Assembly (NCBI RefSeq): GCF_009914755.1
Contig: NC_060932.1
Origin: the human T2T-CHM13v2.0 reference genome, Homo sapiens
Direction: 5' to 3' (one strand)
Length of the DNA: 64,000 nt
The notes beneath the pieces are model-generated. The model ran no database searches. It saw only the letters and a program-made list of their open reading frames with translations, and had not been told where the DNA came from. Of the stretch, positions 16,405 through 30,989 are shown piece after piece; position 1 is the first letter of the stretch, and every line of letters begins with the position of its first letter. Position numbers and translations under genes: made by a program.

Positions 16405-17031
16405 ATTTTACTTCTTCTTTTCCAACTTGGATGTCTTTTCTTTTTCTTTCCAATTTTTTTTTGGCTAGAACTTCCACTACTATGTTGAATAGAAGTGGTG
16501 AATGTGGGTATTCTTGTCTGCTTTTTAGAAGAAAAGCTTTCAACTTTTCATTGTTGAGTACATTTGCCAAGGTTTTTTTAATATATGGCTTTTATTATGT
16601 TCAGGTATTTTCCTTTATTCCTAGTTTGTTGAGTGTTTTTATCATGAGACGGTGTGGATTTTGTCAAATGTTTTTTTCTGCATCAATTCAGGGTGCTAGA
16701 TCATTTTTTTCCCACCTTCTGTTAATGATGTGTACTTACATTTATTGACTTTTACATGTTGAATCATCCCGCATTCCATGAATATATCCCACTTGGTCAT
16801 GCTGTATAATCCTTTTAATATGCTGATGAATTTTGTTTGCTTGTATTTTGTTGAGAATTTTTGCATCAATGTTTATCAAGTAGATTAGTCTGTTATTTTC
16901 TTTTCTTATAGTGTCTTCGTCTGGCTTTGATATCAGGGTAAGCTAACCATATACAATGAATTAGGAAGTGGTCTCTCCTCTTAAATTTTTTAGAGAAGTT
17001 TGAGAAGGATTGATATTAGTTATTTATTAAA

Positions 17032-17166
17032 TAGGAGAGACACCTAATGTAGATGACGGTTGATGAGTGCAGCAAACCACCATGGCAAGTGTATACCTAT
17101 GTAACAAACCTGCACATTCTGCACATGTACCCCAGAACTTAAAGTATAATAATGTAAAAAAAAAAA
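17032..17166 (+). mobile_element. Short L1PA 3' end nested in L1M
   Basis: acctaatgtagatgacg...cccagaacttaaagtataat plus poly-A. Confidence 0.9.
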
Positions 17167-17709
17167 GTTACTAGTGAAGCCATCAGGTTCAAGTCTTCTC
17201 TTTTTTGGCAGTTTATTGATTATTTCTTCAAAAAAAAAAAGGAATTATTCAATCTCTTTAGTAGCTATAAAGCTATTCAGATTTTCTATTTCTTTGTGAT
17301 GTAGTCTTGGTAGTTTATTTTTTTTAAGAGTTTGTTCATTTCATCTAGGTTATCCAATTTATGTACAAAGGTTCATTGTACTCTCTTACAATCCTTTACA
17401 TTTCTGGAGAATTGATAGTAATATCCCATTTTCACTTCTGATTTTGGTAATTTAAATTTTCTGTTTTTTCTTAGTCCATTTAGGTAAAGGTTTGTCAATT
17501 TTGCCAATGTTTTCAAAGAAACTAATTTTGATTTTATTAATTTTCTCTGATTATTTTCTATTATCTCTTCCACTTGTCTCTAATTTTTATAATATCCTTC
17601 TTTCCACTAGTAGTCTTTTTCTAGCTCCTTAGGTTGTATGTTGTGGGTTAGATTTTCTTTTGAGTTTTAAAGTGTTTATAGCTATGAATTTCATCTTTTT
17701 CTCTTCTTC

Positions 17710-18015
17710 TTTTTCTTATTATTTTTGAGACAGAGTTTCAGACATTATTACTCTGTATCTCAGGATGAACTGCAAAAGCGATCATGGCTCACAGCAGCCT
17801 TGACCTCCTGAGCTCAAGTTAGCCTCCTGCCTCAGCTTCCCAAGTAGCTTGGATCACAGCACACACTGCATTGCTTGGCTCATTTTTATTTATTTTTTTT
17901 CCTGTAGAGATGCAGTCTCCCTATGTTGCCCAGGCTGGTCTCAAACTCCTGGGCTCAAGCGATCCTTCCACCTCAGCTGCCCATACTGTTGGGATTACAG
18001 GTGTGAGCACCCATC
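17710..18015 (-). mobile_element. AluJ
   Basis: Diverged dimer with J diagnostics (gcagccttgacctcctgagctcaag). Confidence 0.85.
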
Positions 18016-18066
18016 ATGAATTTCTTCTTTATAAAAGCTTTTACCGAGTACCATAAGTTTTGGTAT

Positions 18067-18377
18067 AGAGGTGCTACTTAACTTACAATGGGTTTATGTC
18101 CCAGTAAACCCACTATAAGTTTAAACTATCTAAGCAGAAAATGCAATCAATACACATCACCTATTGAACATCATAGGTTAGCCTAGCCTACCTTAAACAT
18201 GTTCAGAACACTTACATTATCCTGCAGTTAATCAAAACCAATTAATGAAAACTGATTTTATAATAAAATGTTGACTATCTAATGTAATTAAATATTATAC
18301 TGAATGTGTATCCCTTTTGCATAATCATAAAGTCAAAAAATCATTAAGTTGAGCCATTCTAAGCCAGGAATTATCTG
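18067..18377 (+). mobile_element. MER47A-like (Tigger) DNA transposon
   Basis: acttacaatgggttt...gcctagcctaccttaaacatgttcagaacacttacatta; TA flanks. Confidence 0.8.
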
Positions 18378-21154
18378 TATTGTGATTTTGTTTTCATCTG
18401 TCTATATTTTCTATCTTCCCTGTTACTTCTTTGATCCATTGATTAACAGTGTTTTAACTTTCACAAATTTGTAAATTTTCTTGTTTACTTCTGTTTCAAT
18501 TTCTAACATTATCTTATAATCATAGATGAAGCTTTGTATGCTATCTATCTTTTTATATCTATTGTGACTTAATTTGTGGCCTAATCTATGGTTTATCCTG
18601 GAAAATTTTCCATATCCACTTGAGAAAAAATGTGTACGTTTTTGTTGCTGTGTTTCTGTATATGTCTGATAGACCTAGTTCATTGTGTTAAGTCCTCGAT
18701 TTCCTTCCTTACTTTGTCTGGTTGTTCTATTCATTATCAAGAATGATGTGTTGAAGTCTGCAACTATTATTGTAAAACTGTATCTTTCTCCTTTCAAATG
18801 TCAGTCCTTGTTTCAAGATGTGTTTCTGATGGTGTTGCATGAGGTGAGAAAATATTACTCATATCTTCTTATTGAATAGAACCTTTTATTAATATATAAG
18901 GTCGGTGTCTCTTCTAAACTGTTCTGATATAAATGTCCTAATTTATACCTCACTTTTAAAGGACAGCTTTTCTGGACATAGGATTCTGGGTAGATATTTT
19001 TTTCTTTAGCACTTCGGAAGTCAAAAGACTTCCGAAGTCTTTTGTGGGCTGATATATGCAAAGTGCTGATGAGAATTTTGCTAATAATCTTATGGAAAAT
19101 TGCTTGTGTGTAATGAATCCCTTCTCTCTTGCTGAATTTAAGATTCTCTTTTTCGTCTTTGGCTTTTGAAAGTTTGATTATAATGTTTCTTGGTGTGGGT
19201 TTCTTTGAATTCATCTTACTTGGAGTTTGTTAAACTTTTTGGATGTTTATGTTAATTTCTTTCATCAAATTTGAGGAGTTTTCAACCATTATTTTTCAAA
19301 TATTTCTGAGACCCCCCACAATGCATTGTTGATGGTGTCCCACAGGTGTCTTAAGTTCTGTTGCCTTTTCTTCAACCTTTTCTCTTCCTATTGCTCAGGC
19401 CCAGTTTTTATTGTCTTCAAGTTTGTAGATTCTTTCTTCTCTCTGCCTTTAAGTCCCTTTAGGGAATTTTTCATTATTGTATTGTAATTTTCAGCTCCAG
19501 AATATATTTTTGGCTACTTTTTTAGGTTTTCTAACCCATTATTTATATTGCCATTTTGTCATACATCGTTTCATTGTCTTCATCCACATGTTCTTTTATT
19601 TCTTGGAGCATGTTTTTAAAAATGTCTTTTAAAGTCTTTGTCTAAGAGATCTGTTATGAAGTCTGTTTCAGGGACAGTTTTTGTTTATTTATTTTTCCTT
19701 TTGAATAGACCATATGTTACTTTATTATTTTGTTGAAAACGACATTTGAATCTAAAAATGTAGAAATTCTAGAAATCAGATTCACTCGCTTCCACTGAAT
19801 TTGCTGCTTTTTGTTATTGTTTTTACTTTGGATTGTTGTAGGCTTCCTCTGTGCTGAGCATCAGCCTAAGGTATAAACTTAAGATTTTGTCAGGTTTTTT
19901 GTGAGCCTTTTCCTCTGCATATATGATCACTTTCTAGTTTTTCCTTATATGCAATTGTTATTGAATGTCCTATACTTTAATATCTGGCTCCCAAAAGGGA
20001 AAAAGAAGAAAAATGAAGAGGAAGGGGTGAAAATAATATTAGCTCTTTAAATTCCCTGTAAATCATCCAGCCAGAAGGGAAGGGGCTTGCAACAAGGGAG
20101 GAGGAGCAATAACAATGGCCAGTCAACTCTTCTGCACCTCTATGATCAGAAGCAGCAATCAGAGCACAGATCCCTGATATTTGGAAGACTAGATTCTTTT
20201 TGCATACCCTGGATCCACCAGTGTGCAGGTTGCTGCAGGAACATAGGCACAGTTACCCCTACCTGCCATAGAGTATAAGAAGGAGATTGCTAGCTACTAC
20301 TGTGCTAAAAGCTTAAATTGACTGAAATTAAGCACAATTTAGCATCTAAGACTTTTCCTGGAACTTGCAAGTTGTCAATAAGCTCCAGAGTTCCAAAACT
20401 GTCAGACAGATTCTGCCAGTGTAATTGTCTAGATAGGGAGACAGATTTCTGGTGCTTTCTATTTCATCATCTTTCCAGAATCCTCACTTGCCTTTCTGTT
20501 TTTGAAAAATATATGTATCTAATATTGCAAAGACCATGAGCACTGTAGTCCTGTTCAATCAAGTTTTCTACACATTTCTTCCATGTCATACATTTTGCAA
20601 AGCAGTGGGCCTATAAGAATGGACTGCCTTCTGAAGAAACCTTGAAATAAGTGGTAGTATGCTGAAACCTAAAATCATATTCCAATTTTCAAGTGGTGAT
20701 ATAAAAGAAAGTCCACTAATGTTTCATTAGTAATACTGAAATCAAGTTAAGATTTTAGGGGCCTTTGCTCATTAAAGTCCACGGTATCCTGTTAGAATCT
20801 TATTTCATTTCTAAATAAACTAAGCATAGTCTTGCAATATGTTTAGTGTTATTTATTGTCTTTATGAAACCAGGGCAGAGAATATAAAAATAAAAGAACA
20901 AAACGTTTTAAAAAATTCATTCAATTTACATTGAATCATTCCCCCAAAAAATCCAGAAAGTGAAAGAAATATTTTTTTAGGAAAGACTATATAACCATTG
21001 AGAATTCTCTTACACTATTTTGATGGAGAGGGAGCTGGGAAGCAGAAAATGAGTATAGAACAAACTTTAATTTGCAAGTTAAGGACCTGCAGGGCAAAAA
21101 TATAAGGTGCTCCTTGAAAAATGTTGGGCTTGGTACTTAAGTAGAATACAATAA

Positions 21155-21505
<351 letters not shown>

Positions 21506-21939
21506 AAATTTCTAGGTTTCTAATTTTGTTAATATATCCAAAAGTGATGGAGTTCTCTAAATCTAACTTATACTACCTAACCACAAAAATGTGAGTAAAA
21601 CACATAAAAAGCCAGCTTATTGATATATAAATATAACTAAGATTGAAAAATGATGAAATTTAACATGCTTTTATAATTAAAAATATAAACTGAACACCTG
21701 TATTAAGCCCAGTCCTAGTTGTTGCACTATGGTGTGATTTCAATATACTCAAGGTTTCTGGTCACATATAATAAAAAATGCTTAATATTTATGGCAAAAG
21801 AAAACAAATGGTGGCAAATAGTTTTTGAATAATTAAAACAAGTGTTATAAAGGAGAGTGATTGGATGGCTAGTTTAAATTAGATTGTCATGAAAAATTTT
21901 CTTGAGGAGGTACTGTTGTAATTTGAGGTATAAATGTCA

Positions 21940-22080
21940 AAAGACAAATGCTTGAAAGGATGGATAACCCAGTTACCCTGATTTGATTATTATACATTGT
22001 ATGCCTGTATCAAAACATCACATGTATCCCATAAATGTGTACACCTATTATGTAACCATAATAACTTAAAAAAATAAAGT
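21940..22080 (+). mobile_element. L1MA 3' end within L2 remnants
   Basis: ggatggataacccagttaccctgatttgattattatacattgtatgcctgtatcaaaacatcacatgta. Confidence 0.8.
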
Positions 22081-22807
22081 CATTAAAACAACCATTATAA
22101 ACATTGGGGATGTTTATGGAAAAATATTAAGGTAGAAACATTTTGACGTATTCATGAAACCAGAAATATCCACTGTGGCTAATGCAGAGTGAGGAAGGTG
22201 AAGTGAAGTAGACCAGGGCAGATTACATAGGATCTGGTTATAATAGGCAGTTTAGATTTTATTCCTAAGTGCAATTGGACAGCCCTGGAGAGTTTTAAGC
22301 AGGAAGATGACATAATAATGTATGTTTTTAGAAAGACAATTATAACTGTGGTGTTGTGATTTGACTGGCAGCAAGAATGGAAGCAGAGGAAACATTTAGG
22401 AGACTGCTGTTGTATTCCAAACTACAGATAACAGCAATTTGGCCTAGGGAATTAGAGGAGATGAAGATTAATCAATTCAGAATATCTTTTCACAGGAGAT
22501 TTGAAAGAACATGGAGATTGTGTGTGTATCATTTAAGATACTTTCAAATTCAACAATAAAATGTCTAATTGAAAGAGGCTTAAACAATCTCTGAAACAAG
22601 AAATATGGAACCAGGGCTTTCCAGATTTACAAATAAAACCAAGGATCCAGAATTTTTCTATCTTTTTACAACTGCAGTTGTCAAAATTATTGACTTGGTT
22701 GATAGGCTTGTTCTCTCCTAATCATAAAAGACTGATACAGATACACCCCATATATATGTGGCAATTTACAGAAGATGGAAGAAGGGATAATCTTTTTCTT
22801 TCTACAC

Positions 22808-23109
<302 letters not shown>

Positions 23110-23805
23110 TATTTTTTAATGAAAAATATTTTTCTCCAGAAGCTACAGTGCAAACTTCCTTCCAGGACTCATTGGCTGTGACTGAAATTCATGTTTATGC
23201 TGTATGATAAAGGGGGCAAAAGCAAGGTTGACTCTGGCATTTTTAGTTTCTCTTATGGGTGATGGACTCTGCAAGACAGGATGCAGAAAAGAGAAGTAGT
23301 TATTGGGTAGATAACCAAAATTATCTGTCACAAAATGTAAGGAAAAAGTTAAGGATAACTCATAGACGGTTTATTTAATTGCAACATTGGTGGTGCTACT
23401 TGCAGAAATGGAGAAGGCTGAAGAAAGAGCTTATTTCGAAGGGAAAATCTTTTAGGCCTATTAGATATCCATGTGGATATTTCAGTTATGCAGTTATGTA
23501 TATCAGCTTTGAGTCTGAGATATATATGAGAGATAAAATTTACTGAATATTGCAATATTACTTTTGAAACCACTGCTATGAATACGTATTTAAAATCCAT
23601 ACATTTAAGGATAAACCATGCACCATAAACCAAATGTGAAAGGTAGGTTAAAGTTTCTTAATCTATACTTTTAAAAAGTGACCATTCCCTGCCTTGTGTC
23701 TCATTGGTGTAGGAGACCAGAGAAACACTGCCTGCCTCATATGAGCATGTGATACAGTAGACTAAGCTTCCTTTCTTAAAAAATTCTTTAATCCATGATG
23801 CAACA

Positions 23806-24008
23806 TGTGTTAGTCAATTTTTGCATTGCTATACAGGAATACCTGAGTTTGGATAATGTATAAAGAAGAGAGATTTAATTGGCTCATTTCTACAGGCTGT
23901 ACAGGAAGCGCGTTGCTGGCATCTGATTCTGGTGAGGGCCTCAGGAAGCTTTTATTCATGGTGGAAGGTGAAAGGAGAAGAGGAACATCACAAGGTGAGA
24001 GCAGGAGC
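23806..24008 (-). mobile_element. MSTA/MSTB MaLR LTR fragment
   Basis: tgtgttagtc...ttgcattgctata...ggtgagggcctcaggaagctt...atggtggaaggtgaa. Confidence 0.85.
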
Positions 24009-24650
24009 TAAGTCTGGGAGCTATATCAAGGCTGGAGATAGCATTCAAAACCACAGGACTACGTGAGCCACCACGGGAAAGCTTATAGATTATGAAGATA
24101 AGAAGTCCCATGCCAGAGCCTTGCTATATGACAACACATTTACAAGTCAAACAGAAGAAAATGATTCAGAAAACGAGACCAAGGAGTCCTGTCATAGCCA
24201 GTTACATACCTCAGGGCACCTCAAATAATAGTTAAATTTTGATAATCATTTCTAATAAATTTACTTTAGTGCTTATGAATGGTTATGTTTATTCTTTATT
24301 GCTTGCTCAGTGACATTTTATTTTAATCTTTCCTTTTAGAGTGACTTTTTAAAAAGTGATTATAAAACATAACCCTAGAAATGATTACTTAGAAAATCAT
24401 TATCATATGTATTAGTTAGAATGATATTTGGGAAGATGTAACAGAAAAACCCAAAGAAGCTGTGGTTTACAAAGGATTGAAACTATGTCTCTACATATAA
24501 ATAAACATAGGCAGCTCAGAGCTGATCTGATGGCTACAGGATTATCAAGTCCCAGGTTTCTTCTGCCAATTTTAGTGGGTCACCTCATACTTCAAAAGAA
24601 GGAGAATAATGGTAAGAAAAGTAGCATGTTGTAAAAATACTTCCACGCTG

Positions 24651-24967
24651 GTCAAGCGCAGTGGCTCATTCCTGTAATCCCAGCACTTTGGGAGATGGAT
24701 GCCGGCGGATCACTTGAAGCCAGGAGTTTGAGACCAGCCTGGCCAACATGGTGAAACCCCATCTTTACTAAAAACACAAAAATTAGCCAGGCATGGTGGT
24801 GCATGCCTGTAATCACAGCTACTCAGGAGGCTAAGGCACAAGAATCACTTGAAACCGGGAGGCAGAGGTTGCAGAGAGCCGAGATGACACCACCGCACTC
24901 CAGCCTGGGTGACAGACCAAGACTGTGTCTCAAACAAAAAAACAAAAACAGAAACAACAACAAAAAA
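24651..24967 (+). mobile_element. AluS
   Basis: Full dimer with A/C-rich tail. Confidence 0.95.
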
Positions 24968-25339
24968 GTCCACTTGTTTCATACCACTGGGCAGAAATTA
25001 GAAATCATGCCTTCTCTCACTGTAAGGAAAGTTGGTAAGTACAGTTCTTTATTTTGAGTGGTCATGTGTACAACTCTAAGTCTCTATTCCTGAAAGAACT
25101 GAGAATAGATGGGGGGAGAACAAGCCTTTGCTGCTTCATCTAATGACAGCTCCCTAAATAACCTTAAAGTATTTCTTAGACCACCTTTCGTACATGAAAA
25201 TCTGAAATGTTAAGTTAGTAAAGTGACTACTGTCACAGTAAAGTCAGAGGTGAAGATGCTAATCAAACATTTCAACTTATATGTTCACCTTGAAAATCCT
25301 ATGATTTTTCTTTCTGTATTACGTAATAGTGAAACTTAC

Positions 25340-25399
25340 CTGCTTACGGAATCTCATTTGGCTATATAATTGGTAAAATATTCAACATCAAATGCTGTC
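25340..25399 (-). pseudogene. Relic exon (60 nt, phase 2-2)
   Basis: tgtttcAG ... CAG|GTAAGT; TAFDVEYFTNYIAK*DSVS, one stop. Confidence 0.55.
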
Positions 25400-26206
25400 C
25401 TGAAACATTTGTATATTACTAGACATTGTCTTTACTCTTGCTTCACATCAGTGCTTCTGTAAGTTAGGGAACTGTACCTGTTTATCTCAATGTAATCATA
25501 TAAAGAAAGATGAAAAGTTCCAAATAGTGTTAAACTATTCCCATATCCACTATCCAAAGGTAGAGTAAACAAGCACTTTTTAATATTAGTGAAACATTAT
25601 ATATAAATGTATTCAATATGAATATATGAGGTCTGAATACCTATAACTATTGTATATTGTTATATAAATAATATATAAAGATGCTTTATATGTATGTATA
25701 TACATAAAGATATGGTGCTTATTAAATGGCATATAATAGTTGACAATTAAAAATCCAAGAAAATAAAAAAATACACACATGATGGCAAACTTTGGTCAGA
25801 AAGTCTGATTTAGGCTTTAACTACATATAAATAATTTATCAGGCAAAAGCAACTTAAAGAGTGTTTTAGGGTCAAAAATTCTATAGATCATCACATCACT
25901 TAACACTTATAAAGTGTACTGTAGCTGAGTCACATCCTTCATGCAATTACAAGAAAGGTTGCTGATATTTCTAGCAAATAGGAAACATCTGCTTACAAAA
26001 TATCATTAATATAAATATTTAAAGTAAGTGGCAGAATTTTAAAGAATGTTTTTCTTCACAAACATCATTTCCCAAAAGATGACTGCTAAGATATAACTCT
26101 GACTTAAATGGTATTCAAATTATGACACGTCTAAACAGAGCTGATTGATGAGTCAATTAGTAGATGATGACAAAATAAATATTCCCCAGAGTGAGAGGTC
26201 TCCTAC

Positions 26207-26690
26207 CTAACCCGGATCAAGTTTGGACAGAGGAAGATGGCTTATTTATAGACTGTAATCAACTTTGTGATTATTTGAATGCTGGATAGAGGAAAAATAT
26301 AAATTTAAAATCTATTTGCCAGCATTGTACTAGTATACTTTCAATATAGGGGGAAAATCCCATGATACTGGTTCTGGAAGATCCAGCTTTCAATGTGTGT
26401 GGGGACATTACCACTAGTTAACTTCTGTAGATACCTGTAAAAGATGGAGGTCCTTTTTTATTTTTTTTCTTGTACTGCTCTGGAACTAAGAATATGGATG
26501 CAATAGTAGTCAAAGAATAGTTAACTCTTTAAAAAAATCAAGAAAAACAAAAAGACGAAGAGGAAACTTTTAAACTGCTCAGGAGGTCTGATTCGGATGC
26601 CAGAAGAAGAAAACAAGACTGAGGTGTAAACTGAATTTCCATGTTCACTGTTACCCATGTATTTACTGCCATAGACTGTATTTTTAAAAT
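26207..26690 (-). pseudogene. Relic exon(s), RGS-like; includes a 75-nt AG/GT-bounded unit at 26207-26281
   Basis: PEQFKSFL, SIFLVPEQYKKK, HTLKAGSS, then atttttcctctatccAG IQIITKLITVYK*AIFLCPNLIRV AG|GTAGGA. Confidence 0.5.
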
Positions 26691-27592
26691 TATTTTCCCC
26701 CAAAATAATAATAGTAATAATGAAAACACACTAAACACACACATTTGCACTCATACCTCTAAAAGTAAAAAAAAATAAAAATAAGCAAAAAAGCTAGCTC
26801 CTGCCTTTTAAACTATGCTTGTCTTTTAAAACCGTGTATTTAAAAGATAACATTTTTCCGACTGTGAACAGACGTGCATCTCCATACGGTTTCAGTTGGT
26901 TATCCTCAATTGCTTTTACATTCAAACATTATAAAACATACCTTTACTGGTAAAATAATAAATAATATTTCCCATATATTTAATGATAAATGTTTTCTTG
27001 ATATGCTGTGCCAAATGAGCCAGTAGAATTGATGACAGAAGTATTTATTTTCTTGAATCTGAAAGTACCCTGCTGTTCAGAGATCAAATGCAAAATGGGG
27101 ACCTGGGGACTCTGGACAGTGGAGTTACTTGTTTAGTCCTTTTTTTTTTTTTTTTAACATGAGTTCTATTATTGCTGCCACACTCTCACACACCTGAACA
27201 AGATCATCACAGTTCTTAGATTCTCACCCGCAGAGTAATTTCTTGAAATATTTCTAGGCAAAGGTACTTCGTTGCAAATTCAGTGTTTATTGTTTCTGAA
27301 TATTTCCTCTGTAAAGTTTTAACTTCTATAAATTAGACTTAGAAGACACACACTTTGAAAAAGAATCTTTACATTTTTTATATTAAATTAGCACAAGAAA
27401 TCAGCATTGCCAGTGGGTAACGACCTCCTTCTCTTCATCTATTGATTATGTTTTCTGGTTTATTTTCTCTCTCTTCAATATCGTCTAGCTAAATTGACCT
27501 TCCCTTACCTCAAACTTATTTTTGTTGAATAAGTGACCTTGCTATTATTTCTTGGGGGCATAGGGACTTTTTTCATCTCTGTAGATTAAAAT

Positions 27593-27753
27593 AATATATA
27601 TATATATACACACACACACATATATATATATACACACACACATATATATATACACATATATATACACACACATACATGTATATATGTGTGTGTGTATATA
27701 TATGCGTATATATACGCATATATATGTGTATATATATATGCGTGTGTGTGTGT
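27593..27753. repeat. Compound (TA)n/(CA)n/(TG)n microsatellite
   Basis: Seen directly; roughly self-complementary (CA-rich left half, TG-rich right half). Confidence 0.95.
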
Positions 27754-27794
27754 GGGAAAAACAGCACTTCCAAGTGTTTTTGCTCCTATAAGAT

Positions 27795-28535
27795 TGAAAC
27801 TGCCTTTGCAAAAATTAGGACAGTGAGAGAAATCTGACATAGAAAAATTATGACAGTGAAAGAAATCTGACCTAACCAACTCCATCTTGCTTCTGATCTC
27901 CAAGCTATTTTTGTTTATTTCTGGGCATAGGCCAAGCTAGTTACTATGGGAGAAGTTTCGTTTATAGTTTAACTTTAAAACGTATATAATAACAACCACT
28001 TCCTGAAACTAACCCCCAAGCTCAAGGACCCAAACCACTTTTGTAGAACTAACAAATTAGCCACAAAGTTAAAATTATGGTTCAGGAGTCATGTAGCCAG
28101 AGGTCACAGGATTTGTAGTCTCTCCAATTGCTCCTATAGATAACATCACTATTTTAAAACCTAAAATTGGTGTTTGAGTTATTTTCCAGACCCTGCATTC
28201 CAGTGGACCAGCTGATGCCACTTGGACTGGTAACCCATACCAAGAAACTAGCTGGTTTGGTCTTGTGATCCCAACCCAGGAACTGACTCACTGCAAGAAG
28301 GCAGCTTTGATCCCCTATGATTTCATCCTCAATCAAACATCCCCCACTCCCTACCCACCTGCCTGCCAAACTCTCCTTGAAAAACCCTAGCTTCTGAGAT
28401 TTCAAGGAGGCTGATTTGAGTAATTTCTCTCATCCTTCTGCTTGGCTAGACCTGTGATTATTTAACCCTTTCTCTACTGCAATACCACTGCCTCAGTGAA
28501 GTGGTTTTATCTGTGCAGCAGGCAAGAAGAACCCA
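27795..28535 (+). mobile_element. LTR8/LTR8A-like ERV1 solo LTR
   Basis: Starts tgaaactgcctttgcaaaa; ctgacctaaccaactccatcttgcttct; ends ggcaagaagaaccca. Confidence 0.85.
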
Positions 28536-29017
28536 TAATTTGACTTTAATTTATATGAATCCATCTCATAGTTTCTTTATGCTATGGAAAAGCTATCCCT
28601 AGATATGTTTTCCTATGCTTTTAAACACTGAAGTTTAGCTTTTCACTGTTAGTCTCTGATCCAATCCATCTAGAATTCTTTTTGTGAACTAAGTGAGCTA
28701 AAGTTATCATTTTATTATTTTTGCATGGTTAGAAAGATTTTCTAGCACAACTATCTGATTTAATGGGAATACTGAGGAAGTTTAAAATAGGGCCCATCTA
28801 CAGAATTTTTTCTAGGAAAAAAGATGGTGTCCCAAATGTTTAAACATATTTGGGTTTAATCCTCTACCCTCTGAAACAATGTTTGGACACACTAGTCCTC
28901 AGTAGAAGTTTATCTTTCCTTCTATCATTGACACAGAATAAAAAGGATCTTGACTTAACCAGACATCCTTGCTTGAAGAAAAAAAAGTTTATCTCTAAGT
29001 CAATATATAAAAGTCAC

Positions 29018-29675
29018 AAGCATGAGAAAAGGGAATGCTTATATACTGTTGGTGGGAATATAAAATAGTTCAGCCTCTGTGAAAAGTAGTTTGGAGTTTT
29101 CTCAAAGAATAAACAATAAAATTACCATTTGATCTAGCAATCTCATTAGTGGGCATATACCCAAAGGAAAATAAACTGCTCTACCAAAGAGACACCTCCA
29201 CGCACATGTTTATTGCAGCGCTATTCACAGCAGCAAAGACATGGAATCAACCTTGGTGCCTATCAGTGGTGGATTGGATAAAGAAAATATGGTACATATA
29301 CATCATGGAATACTATGCAGCCATAAAAATAACAAAATCATGTCTTTTGAAGCAATGTGAATGTAGCTGGAGGCTATTATTCTAAGTGAATTAACGCAGA
29401 AACAGAATACCAAATACCATATGTTCTCAACTGTAACAGTTTAATGGGAGCTAAGCTTTGAGTACAAATGGATATCAAGATAGGACAAATAGACACTAGG
29501 GACTCTGAAAAGAGGGAAGCAGGGAGTGGGTGAAGAGTTGAAAAACTACCTACTGGGTAACACGTTCACTATTTAGGTGATAGGACCAATGGACGCCCAA
29601 ATCTCAGCACCATGCCATATATCCATGTAACAAACATGCATGTGCACCTCCTGAATCTAAAATAAATAAATACAG
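29018..29675 (+). mobile_element. L1PB/old L1PA 3' end
   Basis: ORF 29149-29385 is ORF2-like (HMFIAALFTAAKTWNQP); 3' UTR ending ctgaatctaaaataaa. Confidence 0.9.
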
Positions 29676-29789
29676 AAACAGATCCAAAAAGTGATAAGCA
29701 CTTCTCTTACACTCTGTACTAATCAACATAATCTAACCTGTAGAAAAATTATGCAAAAAGTGGTTATGGTGAATTCCAAACGTTACTTA

Positions 29790-30440
29790 TTCTGTACTAA
29801 TGCCAAGACTTGGTTCAGTAGACAGTTTCAGGTACAGGTGGTGGAGCAATGAGTAAGACAGTCAAAGTCCCTGAACTCTAGCACCAAAAACAACAAAGGA
29901 AGAAAGACCAAACAAAATTAGGTACATTAACAAATAAGACTATTTTACGGACTGACAGTTTAAATAAGATAATACTATTGAAGTGCTGGAGAATAATGTG
30001 ATGGGCATTGGCTACTTAGATAGGGTGAACAGGGAAGAAATATTTCAATTGACAAGAGACCTGAGACCTCAATGATCAGAATAAGCCTGGCATGCTAGAC
30101 TTAAACAAAAAATTCTTCAGGTTGAGGGTGTTGTATATGCAAACAATGCGCTTAGATGTGCTTAAGGAAGAATGAGAAGCCTAGTGTGGCCAGAATTCAG
30201 GAATCCAGGAGATATGAAGTCAAGAAAGCATATATATGTAAGAAATACTAATTTTATTCTAAGTGCAGTGTAAACACTTGGATAGTTTTAAGTAGAAATG
30301 TGGTTTGCTTTGGTTTAAGTTTCAAACGATTCTTCTGAATGATGGGAGACAAAGTTGGCCTAATAATGACCAATTAGGAGGTTGTTATAGATTTTATAGT
30401 ACCCTAGGCAGAAATATTTGAGTCTTGGACTAAGATTAAT
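29790..30440 (-). mobile_element. L2 remnant
   Basis: L2-like phrases (gagtaagacagtcaaagtccctg, tttattctaagtgcag). Confidence 0.55.
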
Positions 30441-30522
30441 TGTACTAACAGATTATTATGTATACAATACATATTTATAATATATATTTGAGAGAATATA
30501 TGTATATTAGTATATATGTACA

Positions 30523-30883
30523 CAGTCAGCCTTTCATATCCATGGGTTTTTAATCTGTAAATTCAACCAACCACAGATTGAAAATATTTTAAAAAGTTCC
30601 ATGTGTACTAAACATGTACAAATGCTTTTTATTGTCATAATTCTCTAAACAATACAGTATAACAACTATTTACTTAGCATTTACATTGTATTAAGTGTTA
30701 TAAGTAATCTAGATATTATTTAAATATACAAAATGAAAGAAAGAAAGAAATGAATACAAAAAAACTTGCATAGGTTATATGCAAATACTACACAATTTTA
30801 TAGAAGAAACTTAAGCATCTGCATATTCTGGCATCTATAGGAGGTCCTGGAACCAATCTTCCATGGAGACCAAGGGACAACTG
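30523..30883 (-). mobile_element. MER2-like (Tigger) DNA transposon
   Basis: TIRs cagtcagccttt...atccatgg and ccatggagaccaagggacaactg. Confidence 0.85.
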
Positions 30884-30989
30884 TATATATATTTTATGAA
30901 GATGACTTACTAATAAAGGCAAGAGAAAAACAGAAACAGGCATTGATATTTTGACATGTGTGTGTATCAATGGCCTTTTTACAGATATA

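Larger units (their letters stand above)
16405..20490 (-). mobile_element. Old L1M (ORF2, ORF1 and 5' remnants) with nested insertions
   Basis: ORF 18855-19214 is ORF1-like (KPTPRNIIIKLSKAKDEKENLK); ORF2-antisense phrases 16420-17640. Confidence 0.85.
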
